A DNA stretch of 64,000 nt from Eledone cirrhosa (GCA_964016885.1 OZ024741.1:227044001-227108000), one strand, 5' to 3'; shown: positions 39,420 through 52,400, counted from the first letter of the stretch. Numbers and translations: made by a program. Notes: generated from the sequence alone by a model not told the origin.

Positions 39420-42070
39420 TGATCTAAGTGATAAACTAGGATTGGTATTCCAAAATATGATTTGGTTTACAGTATTCTTCCTGCCTTTGTTAATACTATA
39501 ACTTTAAAGAATTAGCTTTTAATGAACTCCCTTTTCTTTAAATCCTTCAACCAATGACCTCCACCAATCCCAATCCCCACCCTCTCCTACCACCAGAAAA
39601 GAAAAGATATAAATACCACTACTTACTTGGACAGCCAGCTCCCTGATGATTTCTCACGAATGAAACAGTTCTAGTCCAGTAGAAGCTCTTCTATATTAAA
39701 ACTTTTAGACTCTGCTATGTATTGATTACCTTACTTACTGTGGTTACCTCCGATTCAACCCAGAATAACTTATCTTTTAGCACTCCTAGTGCCCCTCATA
39801 ACCATCACCAAGAAACTATGCTGACCAAACTCGACCTTGATATCTCCATGAAGAACATCCCCATCCCTTCAAGGAAACTTTACCTAAAAACACTCATCAG
39901 ACGTACAGAGGAGTTCATCAAGAGAATTAGATGGAGAGCCTTCTTCCTCGACAACCCTGATGTAGCATCTACCAATGATGAGAAGTTCGGCTTCAAAACG
40001 AATAAGGCACCATCCACCAACAGCCTACTTGAACCATTTGAGGAAATCCACTTCAAGATGATCAAAGATATCAAATTTCGTAGAGCCACCACACCATTCC
40101 AGGCCTACTTAAATACTGAAATGCGGAATATAAAAAATTCCACCAATCTCCATGTCTCCTCTTATAAAACCAAAAACGTTTATGAGGTAGACCCACAGAC
40201 CTATAATAAGCTGGCAAAAAATGCCATCACGACCACCTACAAAAAAGTAAATGTGGTGGCATTGACTGAGACAAATGCGGCCGGAAGGGAAATCGCCAAG
40301 TCCCTTAAAATACACGACCGAACGGAACCTTTAAGGGTAAAGACGCCGCACTTTACCCTGAAGGAGCACAAGGGAAACTTCCTCAACAAACCATCAGTCA
40401 TACTTATCAACCCCACACGTTTGGACATCGGCTCTATCAGCAAAAGGATCCTCGATAGTGTTCTACCATCATTGCGAGCTGCCTCACCACTCCCACGCTG
40501 TAGCAGAACATCTGAGGCAATTTCTTGGTTCCAAGAATTTCCCGACAAATGCCACACACGCTTCCTGCGACTCGACATAAAAGACTACTCCTCCTGAAGG
40601 ACGCACTTACTTTTGCCAGGAACTTTACCACCATAACTGACGCTGAGCAAGATGTAATCCTCCATGCCCGTAAGACCTTCCTACACCCCCTTTGACGTCA
40701 GCATGGGAGCGAGTGATTCGGCTGAAATAAGCGACCTCGTGGGCCTGTACATTTTAGATCACCTGAAGAACCTCTTTACTGGCCTCACCGGATGTTTATA
40801 CGGAGACGATCGCATATTCGCCCTGCACAAGGTTAACCCCAGAACCATTGATGGGTTTCGGAGAAACTTAAGCTCGTTCTTCCGTAATCTAGGATTTAGT
40901 ATAACCATAGAATCTAATATGACTAGGGCCAACGTTTTAGATGTCACCCTCGACCTAGATACTTCCCTCCATTACCCGTTCCATAAACCTAACGAGTCCC
41001 TTAGATATATTAATGTTAATTCTAACCACCCTAAAAACATCACTGATAACTTAGTAAAAAGCGTCTCAGTTAGAATCTCTGGCCTCTCGGCCAATGAAGA
41101 TATATTTAACGACGCCCCCCCCCCCCTCAATGACGCCCTCGCGCGCAGCGGATTTAAAGAGAAGATAACTTACCTAGAAACCACCGCAAGACTACCTAGA
41201 AGGAAAAGGTATAGGCAGATTAGTTGGTACAACCCCCGCCCCCTTCAATAGAGAGGTCTCTACACCTATAGCTAGGACTTCACTTTGTTGAACACACACT
41301 TCCCCATACAACATAGGTACTACACCATCTTCAATAAGAACACAATAAGACTCTCCTACTCCACTACACCAAACCTAACTAGGAATATAGCCAATCTCAA
41401 TTCCAAAAAATTAAATAACCCAACTACCTTCGAACCCAATCCCCGGACTGAAAGCTTGTGCAATTGCCTAAATAAGGAAGCCTGCCCACTTGAAAACAAA
41501 TGCCTGACAAATGACATCGTATACAAATGTGATGTCATCTCAGGCACCGATGATAGCAACAACAAAACGATTTACATCGGCATGACTTCCAATAATTTAA
41601 GACCCGGTGGTATGCCCATACCCACTCTTTCAGAAGACCGGACAAATCAAATCAGACAACACTCGCCTCCTATGTCTGGGCCCTCAAAAAGGAACTCCAC
41701 CCTCTTCACGCTTAAATGGAAAATACTCCAGAAAGCGTGCTCATACAAGGGAGGACATAAGTGCTGCAACCTTTGTATCTCGGAGAGCTACGAAATATTA
41801 TTTGCCAAGGGCCCGCTACTGAAAAACTCTCTGAACACTGCCCGATTTGCATGCACAAAAACATTGCAACTTTCAAATACTTTAAGCCAGTGTTAATGCC
41901 AGATGGCTAAAAAGATTCCCTTTTTTTAAACCCCACTCGACAAAATACCCCCTCCACCTCCTTCCCACCCTACCCATACCCCCTCTCGACGCGAAACACG
42001 GCACTATGGTAATGTAAGTACTTCTTACCTATCTGCTCTTTCCGCATGTAGAGCGTACTTCATCTTAATA
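39420..42070 (+). mobile_element. Penelope-like element: 5' pLTR-like segment with HHR, then decayed RT and GIY-YIG ORF
   Basis: SMKNIP, RLDIKDY, MGASDSAEISDLVG, YGDD, LDVTL, IVYKC..YIGMT, CNLC; 39423-39704 is duplicated at 52123-52403. Confidence 0.9.
39637..39687 (+). ncRNA. Type-I hammerhead motif (identical copy at 52336-52386)
   Basis: agctcc-CTGATGA-t.ttc/tcac/gaa.t-GAAA-cagttctagtccag-TA-gaagct. Confidence 0.65.
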
Positions 42071-42244
42071 CTGTATATATGTGTGTGTGCATTTGTGTAT
42101 ATTTATGAGTGTATGTATGTACGTATTTGTATGAGTGGCCGTACGATTGAATGCGTATGTTTGTGTGTACGTGCGTTCATATGTACTTACGTATATGTGT
42201 ATGTGTGTGTATGTATATATATAGGTATATATATGCATATATAT

Positions 42245-42298
<54 letters not shown>

Positions 42299-42301
<3 letters not shown>

Positions 42302-42866
42302 GATGTATATATAATGTATTTTGCAATACACTTTATGCTTAATTAAAAGCATTTTGAAGACCGTGTGCTATTGTTTTAGAGTAGTGACAAATTCACTTAC
42401 TTTAATCTCAGCAAACAGGGGAGATAAGCCGACAAGGGCCTTGTTTCGCTTTTGTTGAAGCTTATCAAGGCTAACTACCCCTCCTGTCTACTGAGATTAC
42501 TGATGTTATATTCTTATAGAATTCTAGTAAATAATCAGGAGCTGATTATACAGAGCGATTGTTGGTCAGGCAGAAATTAAAAATTAGAATTGGAGCTCTG
42601 AAATAGCAATATATATATGGATGTATATATAATGTATTTTGCAATACACTTTATGCTTTATGAATATAACATCAGTAATCTCAGTAGACAGGAGGGGTAG
42701 TTAGCCTTGATAAGTTCAACAAAAGCGAAACAAGGCCCTTGTCGGCTTATCTCCCCTGTTTGCTGAGATTAAAGTAAGTGAATTTGTCACTACTCTAAAA
42801 CAATAGCACACGGTCTTCAAAATGCTTTTAATTAAGCATAAAGTGTATTGCAAAATACATTATATA
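42299..42866. mobile_element. ORF-less HHR element (retrozyme- or pLTR-like), about 318-bp unit plus inverted partial copy
   Basis: Arms 42308-42513 and 42662-42866; 42301-42340 is directly repeated at 42619-42658; homologous to 62940-63240. Confidence 0.8.
42427..42472 (-). ncRNA. Type-I hammerhead ribozyme, U3:A8 variant (second copy on plus strand at 42703-42747)
   Basis: agcc-TTGATAA-gctt/caacaa/aagc-GAAA-caag/gcc/cttg-TC-ggct; all three stems pair. Confidence 0.85.
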
Positions 42867-42874
42867 GTGTATAT

Positions 42875-42924
<50 letters not shown>

Positions 42925-42932
<8 letters not shown>

Positions 42933-43464
42933 TAAAACATGTCTATAGAATCACAAGATAAAATATATACCATTTCCTCTCCCAATTAGCATAATTAACT
43001 ATATAAAAAATCGAATAGACCAGGCTATGAGAATGAGGCTTCTATGAAGAAATCTCCAACAAATAACCGAAATTAGCCCTTCGTGTCAGCCACAACGGAA
43101 TATTTATCAAATATTTCGACAGCGTAATCGCCCAGATACAGTCAACTAAACAGAATTAGGTGTAAAATAAACTAGGAGAAAATAGAATATATTTAAATGT
43201 ATTCTATTTTCTCCTAGTTTATTTTACACCTAATTCTGTTTAGTTGACTGTATCTGGGCGATTACGCTGTCGAAATATTTGATAAATATTCCGTTGTGGC
43301 CGACGCGAAGGGCTAATTTCGGTTATTTGTTGGAGATTTCTTCATAGAAGCCTCATTCTTATAGCCTGGTCTATTCGATTTTTTATATAGTTAATTATGC
43401 TAATTGGGAGAGGAAATGGTATATATTTTATCTTGTGATTCTATAGATATGTTTTATGATATAT
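42925..43464. repeat. Near-perfect palindrome of about 540 bp without spacer
   Basis: Centre at 43194/43195 (TTT|AAA); arms differ at only a few transitions. Confidence 0.95.
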
Positions 43465-43599
43465 AGCTCTGATTATTTAATTTATTAATTTTTCATTGAG
43501 CCACAAAGTGACCCGTTGCAAAACACGTATATGTATATATATGTATATATATATATATGTAAACTTTTATATATATATATGTATATATATATATGTAAA

Positions 43600-43650
<51 letters not shown>

Positions 43651-43653
<3 letters not shown>

Positions 43654-45152
43654 AACAAAAGGTGGTTAAAAGAGTTCCATGTATTTTATTATGCGCATTT
43701 CAAAAACAAATATCATCATGCAATAATATTTGTGTTTTCATCAGATAAAACAGGAGGACATGATATGAAAGTTAAAAAACACTTGTGGATAGTTCAGTTT
43801 TAAATCAACATATGAGAAGTAGTTTTAGATTGATGTGTGATATTGGGAAAAATATTTTATTTAGAGGGGGGGGTGGAAAGGATGAAAAAAAGGAGATGAG
43901 AGTGAAGGTGGAGAGGGAGGAGTATAATGAGGAAGGATGAGATAGGAGGAGAGATGGGTGATAGAGAGAGAGAGATAGCTTTTATAACTGAGAAAGATAT
44001 ATTGTTTTACATAGAGAGGTTGAAAACCGTTGGAAGATAATGTATAAATTAAAAGAATTTGAAAATTAACGAAGAGAAAAATAATGTAAAGTTAAGGTTT
44101 GTATATTGAGGGGTTTGATAATATGTGCGAAGAAAAAGAAAGAGTTAATATGTATTGAGAATAATGAGTTAGATGATAGGGAGAAAAGATAATGAATTGA
44201 GGATGAATAATCTGACGTCAAAAAAAATGTATATGTTTTCGAAGGATTTTTACAAGGTGATATAGAGTAAGAATGTGTTGTATTATGTAATAATTGATTC
44301 TATGTTAGGCACGAGTGAGAAAAGGTACAGATTAGGGGTTAGATATTAGAAGAGAAGAAAAGGAAGTGATAAATATGGGTGATGTAGAAAGAGTAAACAA
44401 GTATTATAGAATTTGAAAATTAACGAAGAGAAAATAATGTAAAGTTAAGGTTTGTATATTGAAGGATTTGATAATATGTGCGAAGAAAAAGAAAATGTTA
44501 ATATGTATTGAGAATAATGAGTTAGATGATAGGGAGAAAAGATAATGAATTGAGGATGAATAATCTAGCGTCAAAAAAAATGTATATGTTTACGAAGGAT
44601 TTTTACAAGGTGATATAGAGTAAGAGTAATGAGTAAACAAGTATTATAGAATGTATAATAACCTTTGAAATAAGGTAGAAAGATGGGTATATTTTTAAAA
44701 GAAGTGTATATATATGTGCCTTTGAGAAAAAGATTCTAAATGGATAAAGAATTGAATATTAGCTGTATACTTTGTGAAATGTTTTATCGAATTTATGCAA
44801 GCAGATAGAAAACAAGTCAGTGCGTCTATTTATTATAGAATCTAGATTAGAGATAATGGTAAATTTTTCATTTAGACAGAGATTGCAGATTTTAGATAGA
44901 GAACTGTTCAAGTATGGAGACGCAGAAGAAACCTTCTTCCAAAAGATGCTATATTTAATGTTTTTGTCTTTCAAGGACCATATGAGTTCTGAGAGAGCCG
45001 TGTTGGTTCTTTTAAGTTTGAATTTAAAAGACGAATGATGGTTATAAAGACGAGCTTTAAAAGAGGTGGAAGTGGAGCCAAAATAGGTGAAGGAATTGAA
45101 ATGCGCATAATAAAATACATGGAACTCTTTTAACCATCTTTTGTTCTTATAT
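43651..45152 (-). mobile_element. PLE 3' fragment: GIY-YIG end, 3'UTR, HHR and inverted terminal copy
   Basis: YFGSTSTSFKARLYNHHSSF..CNLCLNEK..CLHK; 43651-43703 is inverted at 45096-45149; about 210-bp direct repeat at 44076/44408. Confidence 0.85.
43684..43750 (-). ncRNA. Type-I hammerhead with long stem II
   Basis: ttttat-CTGATGA-[about 16-bp stem]-GAAA-tgcgca-TA-ataaaa. Confidence 0.85.
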
Positions 45153-45243
45153 ATTATGTATACTCCAGTCCTACAAACTGTAGAGTGCTTCTTATCCGAT
45201 ATCTGCATTGCTTTATTGTACTACAATAAAACTCACCTCCTAC

Positions 45244-45340
<97 letters not shown>

Positions 45341-45342
<2 letters not shown>

Positions 45343-45581
45343 TTCTTTTATTTGCCACTAGGGCATCAAAAGTGGGACAAGTACAAAGGGGGGAGTTTAC
45401 ACAAAAAGGCGTCCTCAATAAGGAGGAGGCAATAACAAAATATAAAAATAAAATAAGATATAACAAAAAATAAAATTTTTAACAAAATCCTCAATAGAGA
45501 GGAGGCGCCTTGGGGGGTCGCACACACCCCCGAAAAAAGTGTGCAACCCTTCTCCTCAGGAGCACAGAGAAGGGGTGCTCC
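45341..45581 (-). mobile_element. 3' end of a Tx1-like LINE inserted in (GATA)n
   Basis: Ends gtggcaaataaaagaaat, compared with gtggccaataaagaaat of copy 1; (GATA)n on both sides. Confidence 0.65.
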
Positions 45582-45745
45582 CTAGATAGATAGATATACA
45601 CGGGTGTGTATGATTGTGTATAGATTATATTAATAAGAGGAATTCCAACTTTGTCTGATTTACTCGTTTTATTTACAATCCTTTAAAATTTATAATGGTA
45701 TTATAATGAAATAGTATGATAGAATATTAAATGTTAAGTGTTAAT

Positions 45746-45784
45746 TGAACAAGTACTTTCATGCTTTCGCAATCTTCAGGTTCA
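45746..45784 (-). ncRNA. Minimal type-I hammerhead within a 61-bp-arm inverted repeat (45626-45887)
   Basis: tgaac-CTGAAGA-t.tgc/gaaa/gca.t-GAAA-gtac-TT-gttca. Confidence 0.85.
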
Positions 45785-45879
45785 TAATGTGTGGTGACAG
45801 TCAAGTTTGCAATTTTCAACTGTGGATTAAAGGATTGTAAATAAAACGAGTAAATCAGACAAAGTTGGAATCCCTCTTA

Positions 45880-45918
<39 letters not shown>

Positions 45919-45970
45919 ATGTGTTTTTATTTATATATGGGTATATGTGTGTATATATGTGTTTATGTGC

Positions 45971-46036
<66 letters not shown>

Positions 46037-46039
<3 letters not shown>

Positions 46040-46547
46040 TAAACGGAAAAGAAAATGCTGACAAATTGTTCACAGTGAAAAATAGTTTAATTAGGAATAA
46101 GTGAAAATTAGTAATAGTATTGGTTAGTATTCAGTTTTGGTTTTAAGTTTTACCGGTTGCGCATTTCTAATGCTTTTCAATAAATATTTTTGAGATAGAG
46201 CGTCCGTGATGTTTGCTCTAATCTGATTAGTTTTGGAAATTCTACCTGTTTTTATGTGAAAAAAGTGGCTCCAGAGGTATTAAAATAAGTTTCGCGCCAA
46301 TTCGTGTTGCAAAAATTCTTGTGGTCAAAACAATTTTGATTGGTCGGTAGAGGTCATGTGAATGTTAAAAATTGATTTTGCGCCAAATGTAGGTTTGTGT
46401 CGGCTGATTGAGAAGTCACTGAAAAATAAGTCTTTCAAAACAAATATGTGTGTGTAGTAGTAGTAAAGAGGTTCGTTGTTGTGATAATGGTCAGCAGGGA
46501 TGTGTGTGCGAACCGCAGCCTGTTGACAGTTCAAATGCCTATTAAGA

Positions 46548-46596
<49 letters not shown>

Positions 46597-49412
46597 CAGA
46601 GTAATTCGTGGTAGAGGGATGGTCAGTAGGAATGTGTCTGTACGTGTGTGGGGGATATTTTAACATGTTAAAAGATATTTTTCAGCTCTTGTCTTATACA
46701 GAGAAGTGTGCGTGTGTGTGTGTATGTCTCTTTGTATGTTAATGTACGCGTGTGTATGTGTGTGTGTGTATATATGTGTGTGTGTGTGAGAATGTGTGTG
46801 TGTGTGTGTGGGTGGACCAGTATTTTTGTGATACTGGTAAAATGGTGTACATTATTCGATATTTTCAGTAAAAACGATTCTCTCAATAGAACATCAAAAA
46901 CCTTAATAATAAAAGGTGTGAAATGATATATAGTATTGGCATAATACCAAGGTGTGTGTGAGTGTCCAGATTGTACGTACTGCAAGGGGAATCCATTAGG
47001 CCTTGCCGTATTGGAATACTTGTGTGCAAATATGTATGTGCCCATCAGTGTGCAATGCATGTGTGCGTTTATGTATGTGTGTGTGTCGGCACGTTTATAT
47101 CTATAAACATCAAAAGGTATGCAAATTTGTGTATATTTGTGTTGCACCATAGAACATGTGTGTTTACGTATGTCATTGTGTTTATATGTGTATAGAGATG
47201 TATGCTGATGTAGGTATGTATGTTGACGTGTGTATGTTGTGGGTTCGTCTTAGGGAGAAGTGTTTAGACGGGGTCCGTATTTGTTAATAAAGTGAGATTC
47301 CTTGCTGATGCGCTGAGTGTGGGTGACATTATCTTTAAATTTGTAGAGGGGAAAGATTCTGAAGTTGGGATGATTTTGGGCGGCACAGGTATCAATGTGT
47401 TCACTCAGTGGTATTTTCCTGCATTCCCGTATTTTAATTTGGGATCAATGGACAGTCATGCGTTGGCGGAGGCTGTTTTTGGTCTGGCCTATGTATTGTT
47501 CTCGACAACCTGAGCAAGTTAATACATATATTAGATTTTCTGATGCGTATGTGAAATTGTGTTTTACTATAAAACGTTGTCCTTCTTTGAAATAGAATTC
47601 CGAACCCTCTATTAGGTTGATGCATATGCCACAGTTGGGTCTATCGCATTTTTTTACTGTGGGTTTCGTTGTTGTGGTTGGCAGTACTTTGGCATGTGTT
47701 AGGATGTTTTTCATTGACTTGGATTGTCTTTTGCTCTTTATGATATCGTGTGTTCGTAGGATTTGGTTCATTCTATGGTCCTTTTTAAACACAGGGATGT
47801 TCTGGAGGATGGTGTCAAAGGCCTCATTGTTGAGGGGGTTGTGTGTGGAGATGTATGGAAGAGCTTTTAGTTTCGGTTGATTTACTTTAGGGTGTCTAAG
47901 GTCCTGGGTACTGAGTTTTAGGGCACGTTGGATTCCATTGTCAATTAGTGATGTAGGGTAGTCCCTGCCTATGAGTGTGTCCTTTAGTTCCTGTAGCCGT
48001 AAGTAGCAGGTGTTTTTATTGGAGACTATAGTACAGATTCTCTTGGCTCAGTTGTAGGGAATATTAATTTTAACGTGTCTAGGGTGGCAAGAGTTGAAAG
48101 GAAGATATTGCTTGGAGTCTGTGGGCTTGTAGTATATGTCTGTTTCTACTTTTTTGTTATGGATCTTAATGAGGATGTCGAGGAAGGGGAGTTGTTGATG
48201 GCTGTATTCCATCGTGAAGTTAATATTCGTGTTGAGCCCATTTATAAGGGTGTGAAATTCTTTAAGTTTCTCGATGTTTTCGTGCCAAAGGATGATGCAG
48301 TCATCTAGATATCGCTTCCAGTTCTTTTCTATGTGTAAGTGGAGAGTGTTTCCAAATTTGTTTAGGACTTTAGTGTAGAGGGTGATTTCCAGGTATCCCA
48401 TGACTAGGTTGGCATAAGTGGGGGCTGTTTTCGTTCCCATAGCGGTACCAGATTTCTGCCTGTAGGGTTTGTTATTGAAAACGAAGTAATTGTTCTCCAA
48501 GATAAATTTGAGTCCCTCTATCACGAATTCTTTTTTGATGCGTTGTGGGAGTTCATTGTGGTAATTATCCAGCCAGAATTGGATAGCTTCTATTCCTAGG
48601 TTGTGGGGGATGTTGGAGTATAGGTTGACTACATCGAACGTCACTAGTAGGGTTTGTTCAGAAAGGGGCATATTAGGGAGGTGATTGAGCATATCTAGGT
48701 CGTCCCTCATATAGCTTTTGATGTGTTTGAGAAAAGGCTTGAGAAGGGTATCAATGAAGTTGCTAAGGCGGTGGGTTTCGCAAGCGGGGCCTACTATTAT
48801 AGGTCTTAATTTGAGATCATTGGGTGAGGGGACATTGATGACTATCTCTGTGGCTTCCTTGTATGCCTTACTTATTAATTCGCTTTTATGTACTTTAGGG
48901 ATACCGTAGAAAAGGCTGGATTTACTTGTGAAGTCTGTGATGAAGCTGAATTCCTTGTTAGTGAGTCCTTCTTTGTATTGGTTAATCAGAATTTTTAGGT
49001 TTCTCATAATTTTCTGTTGATTGTAGCGTTCAGCCTTTTCGTAGTATGTTTCGTTTTCCAAAGTGGAGAGCGCTAAGTTGATATAGAATTCTGTCTCCAT
49101 TAGGACTATTGTACTCCCTTTATCAGCCTCTTTAATTGTAATGGTTCTGTCGGTTTTTAATCTATTTAATTCTTCCCATTCTTTCTTGTTGAGGTTTGGC
49201 TTGTGTTTTTGTCTGTGCAAGTGTTGGTAAGGGAAGTTTGTGATGTGTTCACAGAATTCGCCCAGGATTTTATTTCTACCTTTTGATGGGGTGTAATTGC
49301 TTCTATTTCTGGCTAATGATTCATCCTCATTGTACTGGTCGAATAGTTCTTCACTGAGTCGTAACTTTCTACAGAAGTCTGTGATGTCTTCCTTCATTTC
49401 ATAGTAGTTAGG
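46037..49412 (-). mobile_element. Penelope-like element, 5'-truncated, with a degenerate HHR at 46148-46184
   Basis: RT and GIY-YIG ORF, long 3'UTR, TTGAAAA-gcatt/aga/aatgc-GCAA-ccgg-TA. Confidence 0.9.
47250..49412 (-). pseudogene. PLE RT and GIY-YIG ORF with two in-frame stops (48048, 47445)
   Basis: KEADKG, YGIPKVHK, FDVVNLYSNIP, GTAMG, RYLDD, LPFLD, LIYVLTC..YIGQT. Confidence 0.92.
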
Positions 49413-49480
49413 ACGCACACACACACACACACATAAACACATATTTACACACATATACCCATATATAAATAAAAACACAT

Positions 49481-49527
<47 letters not shown>

Positions 49528-49694
49528 ATAAGGAAAAGCGAAGTAGTTTCAGATGTTCAAGTCTTTTAATAATAATTGTTTCTACTTTAGGCACAAGGCC
49601 AGTGCATTACTGGTACTTTATTTTATCGACCCCGTAAGGATGAAAGGCAAAGTCAACCAAAGTCTTTTAATAATAATGCTGTGATATATATTTC

Positions 49695-50057
49695 AATCGC
49701 GACAGTGGTCACACTGTTCTGTGCGCCAGTGTCGCGACATCGTCAGACATCTTGTTACATAATAACGTTATATTTCCGAGGCACTCCAAATTTCATCGAC
49801 ATGGGAAAGGACGAAGTGTGTGCTCTTGGGTTCTTCGTCCATTCCCCTGTGAGTACCAATTAACCCCCACCGGTCTGCGCAGGCGCAGGTCCGTAGGAAG
49901 TTGACCATTAGCTACCGCAGATTTCAACGAAATTCGCTTAGTCAGTTCCCCCTCTCAGCCAAACAATGACCCATTCAAGGCCTGTAATATAGCTTACTGC
50001 TACCCATCCCGTCAGTGGCTGTCAGTCGAAAGCCAGTGGGGATGGGAGGGTGTGAGT
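49695..50057. promoter_or_regulatory. CpG-rich promoter-like patch
   Basis: TGTCGCGACA palindrome (49730), NRF1-like TGCGCAGGCGCA (49876), GTGAGT donor-like sites at 49849 and 50052. Confidence 0.35.
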
Positions 50058-50719
50058 ATCCACAGGTCTGAATACCACCTCTCATTAAGCATGAACAGTA
50101 TAATTGACCATCAACTACTAAGAGAAAATATACTTACTTCTATGTATCCTGGTTTCACGGTGGAAGTTATGAATGAGAGTTGGGAATTAGAATTTAAAAT
50201 CCAAAATCAGAGATCAAATATCAAATATCAAAAATTAGAAATTAAAAATTAACAATTAAAAATTAATACTTTTTCAAGTGGGAATCTGGATTGAGGCGAG
50301 TAAAAAAATATAGATTGAAGTGAGTAAATAATATGCAGAGAGATGTTTAAGTAAGAAGTTTTGAAATGCGTATTAATGTTACGGTTATATTATCAATATA
50401 CTGAACAATAGTACCGTAGAGTAGAACGGATGGTAAATTACGGTATGAAAGGTAGTATTTAGTCGGGTACATAGTTAGAATTTCCATCACATGGAACAGA
50501 ACCCAAAAAAAACGATATAACGTACACAAAAGGAAAAGACAATTAATGAATAAATGCAAAAACACATAAGAGTACATATATGCAAAAAAGCGTGTGTGTG
50601 TGTATATAGCCGTCGAAACGGCTTGATCTCTGCCGTCGGGGTCAAACTATTTCCTACATATATATATATATATATATGTGTGTGTGTATATATATATATA
50701 TATGTAGGATAACAGAGAA

Positions 50720-51133
50720 AACACAGGTAAGCATTAAAAAAAGGATTTTATCCAGGTATTTACGACCGTTTCATTGGTAAGTGCAACCTTATATTGCTAT
50801 ACTGCAAATAGCAGCCACTGAATAATAATTATTGTTCACGTCCAAATGTTCAAAATAGTGAATAAGTTACTCTTAAAAAGTTCTTACTATATAGAAAAAC
50901 ATTTTTTTGGAATTGTATTTGCTAGTATAGAGAGAGAGAGGGATTAGAAAGTGGAGGGACAAACGGAGTAGTATAGAGAGAGGGGAAGGGGGAGAAGAAT
51001 TAGGAAGTAGAGTGACAAACTGAGATGGAGGGAGGGGTAGAGGTGGAAGGATTCCTCGATCAGTTTTGATACGTAGACTTCATGTCGTCGATTTACAGTG
51101 AGTTAAGAGAATTAAATTGTTTATAGTGGGAGG

Positions 51134-51200
<67 letters not shown>

Positions 51201-51725
51201 AGAGAGGGGGAGATATAGAGAGATAAATATAGATATATAAAAAATAAAAGATAAATAAAGAAGGGGGGATAGAAAGAAGAAAATAAAAGATAGCAAAAAA
51301 GGGGAGAGAAGGAAGGAAGAAAACGAAAAGAAATAGAAAAGGAATGAAGGAGAAGGGAGGGATATAGGTATTGGTTTTTGTGGGTAATTAAAGGGGTTAT
51401 ATACAATAAGAGGGTAGAAAGTCTAAGTATATGCAGTTTGTCAGGTGGTAGTAAGAGGTTAAGGGCTCCATTTGCTCTAGTAGTGCGAAAACTTTTCTTT
51501 GAGTCTATGGTTACAATAAATTGATCTTTCGATTTTATTGTTGAGTAACTTATTCTTCGAACTCAAAATGTGGAACAGCTCAAGGTCACATAATCGACAG
51601 CTTCTCATACCACTCCGATATGGGGGGGGGGCACATTCGATAATTTTTTCCACTTCAGGGTATATTGATGGTTACTTTCCCTCAGTTGCTAGGTCTTGTT
51701 CGCAAGGGTAGTTACATAACGATGC
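50720..51725 (-). mobile_element. PLE 3' fragment (GIY-YIG C-terminus and 3'UTR)
   Basis: LKWK..SGMRSCRLCDLELFHILSSKNKLLN..CNHR, similar to 41700-41860. Confidence 0.75.
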
Positions 51726-51733
51726 TGTATATG

Positions 51734-51765
<32 letters not shown>

Positions 51766-51947
51766 CGTATGTATGTACACATATTTGTATGTATGTGTAT
51801 ATATATGTGTATATATTTGTATATGTGTATGTGTGTATGTACCATTATGTATGCCTGTGTGTGCGCGCGTGTATGTGTGTGTACGTGTGTAAGTGGGCGA
51901 GTGTGTGAATTTGCTTGCGAGTGTGTGAATGTGCTTAATATATATTA

Positions 51948-52400
51948 AGAGAAACTTCACAATAAGGAGAATCTCCCAACACTTGAATCTGTTGATGGAA
52001 TCCTTTCTGCCTTTGTCACGCTTATTCCCGCCTTAAAGAATTAGCTTCTAAAGAATTTCCCTTTTCTTTAAACCATTGAACCCCACCCATCCTGTAGACA
52101 CCTGTCTTACAGGCATTGTTAGTCTAAGTGATAAACTAGGATTGGTATTCCAAATATGATTTGGTTTACAGTATTCTTACTGCCTTTGTTAATACTATAG
52201 CTTTAAAGAATTAGCTTTTAATGAACTCCCTTTTCTTTAAATCCTTCAACCAATGACCTCCACCCATCCCAATCCCCACCCTCTCCTACCATCAGAAGAG
52301 AAAAGATATAAATACCACTACTAACTTGGACAGCCAGCTCCCTGATGATTTCTCACGAATGAAACAGTTCTAGTCCAGTAGAAGCTCTTCTATATTAAAA

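Noticed and set aside
43040-43080. ATGAAGA..GAAA hammerhead inside the large palindrome
   Set aside because: Stems I and II do not pair
49538-49566. Minus-strand TTGAACA..GAAA motif
   Set aside because: 3:8 mismatch and no stem I or II
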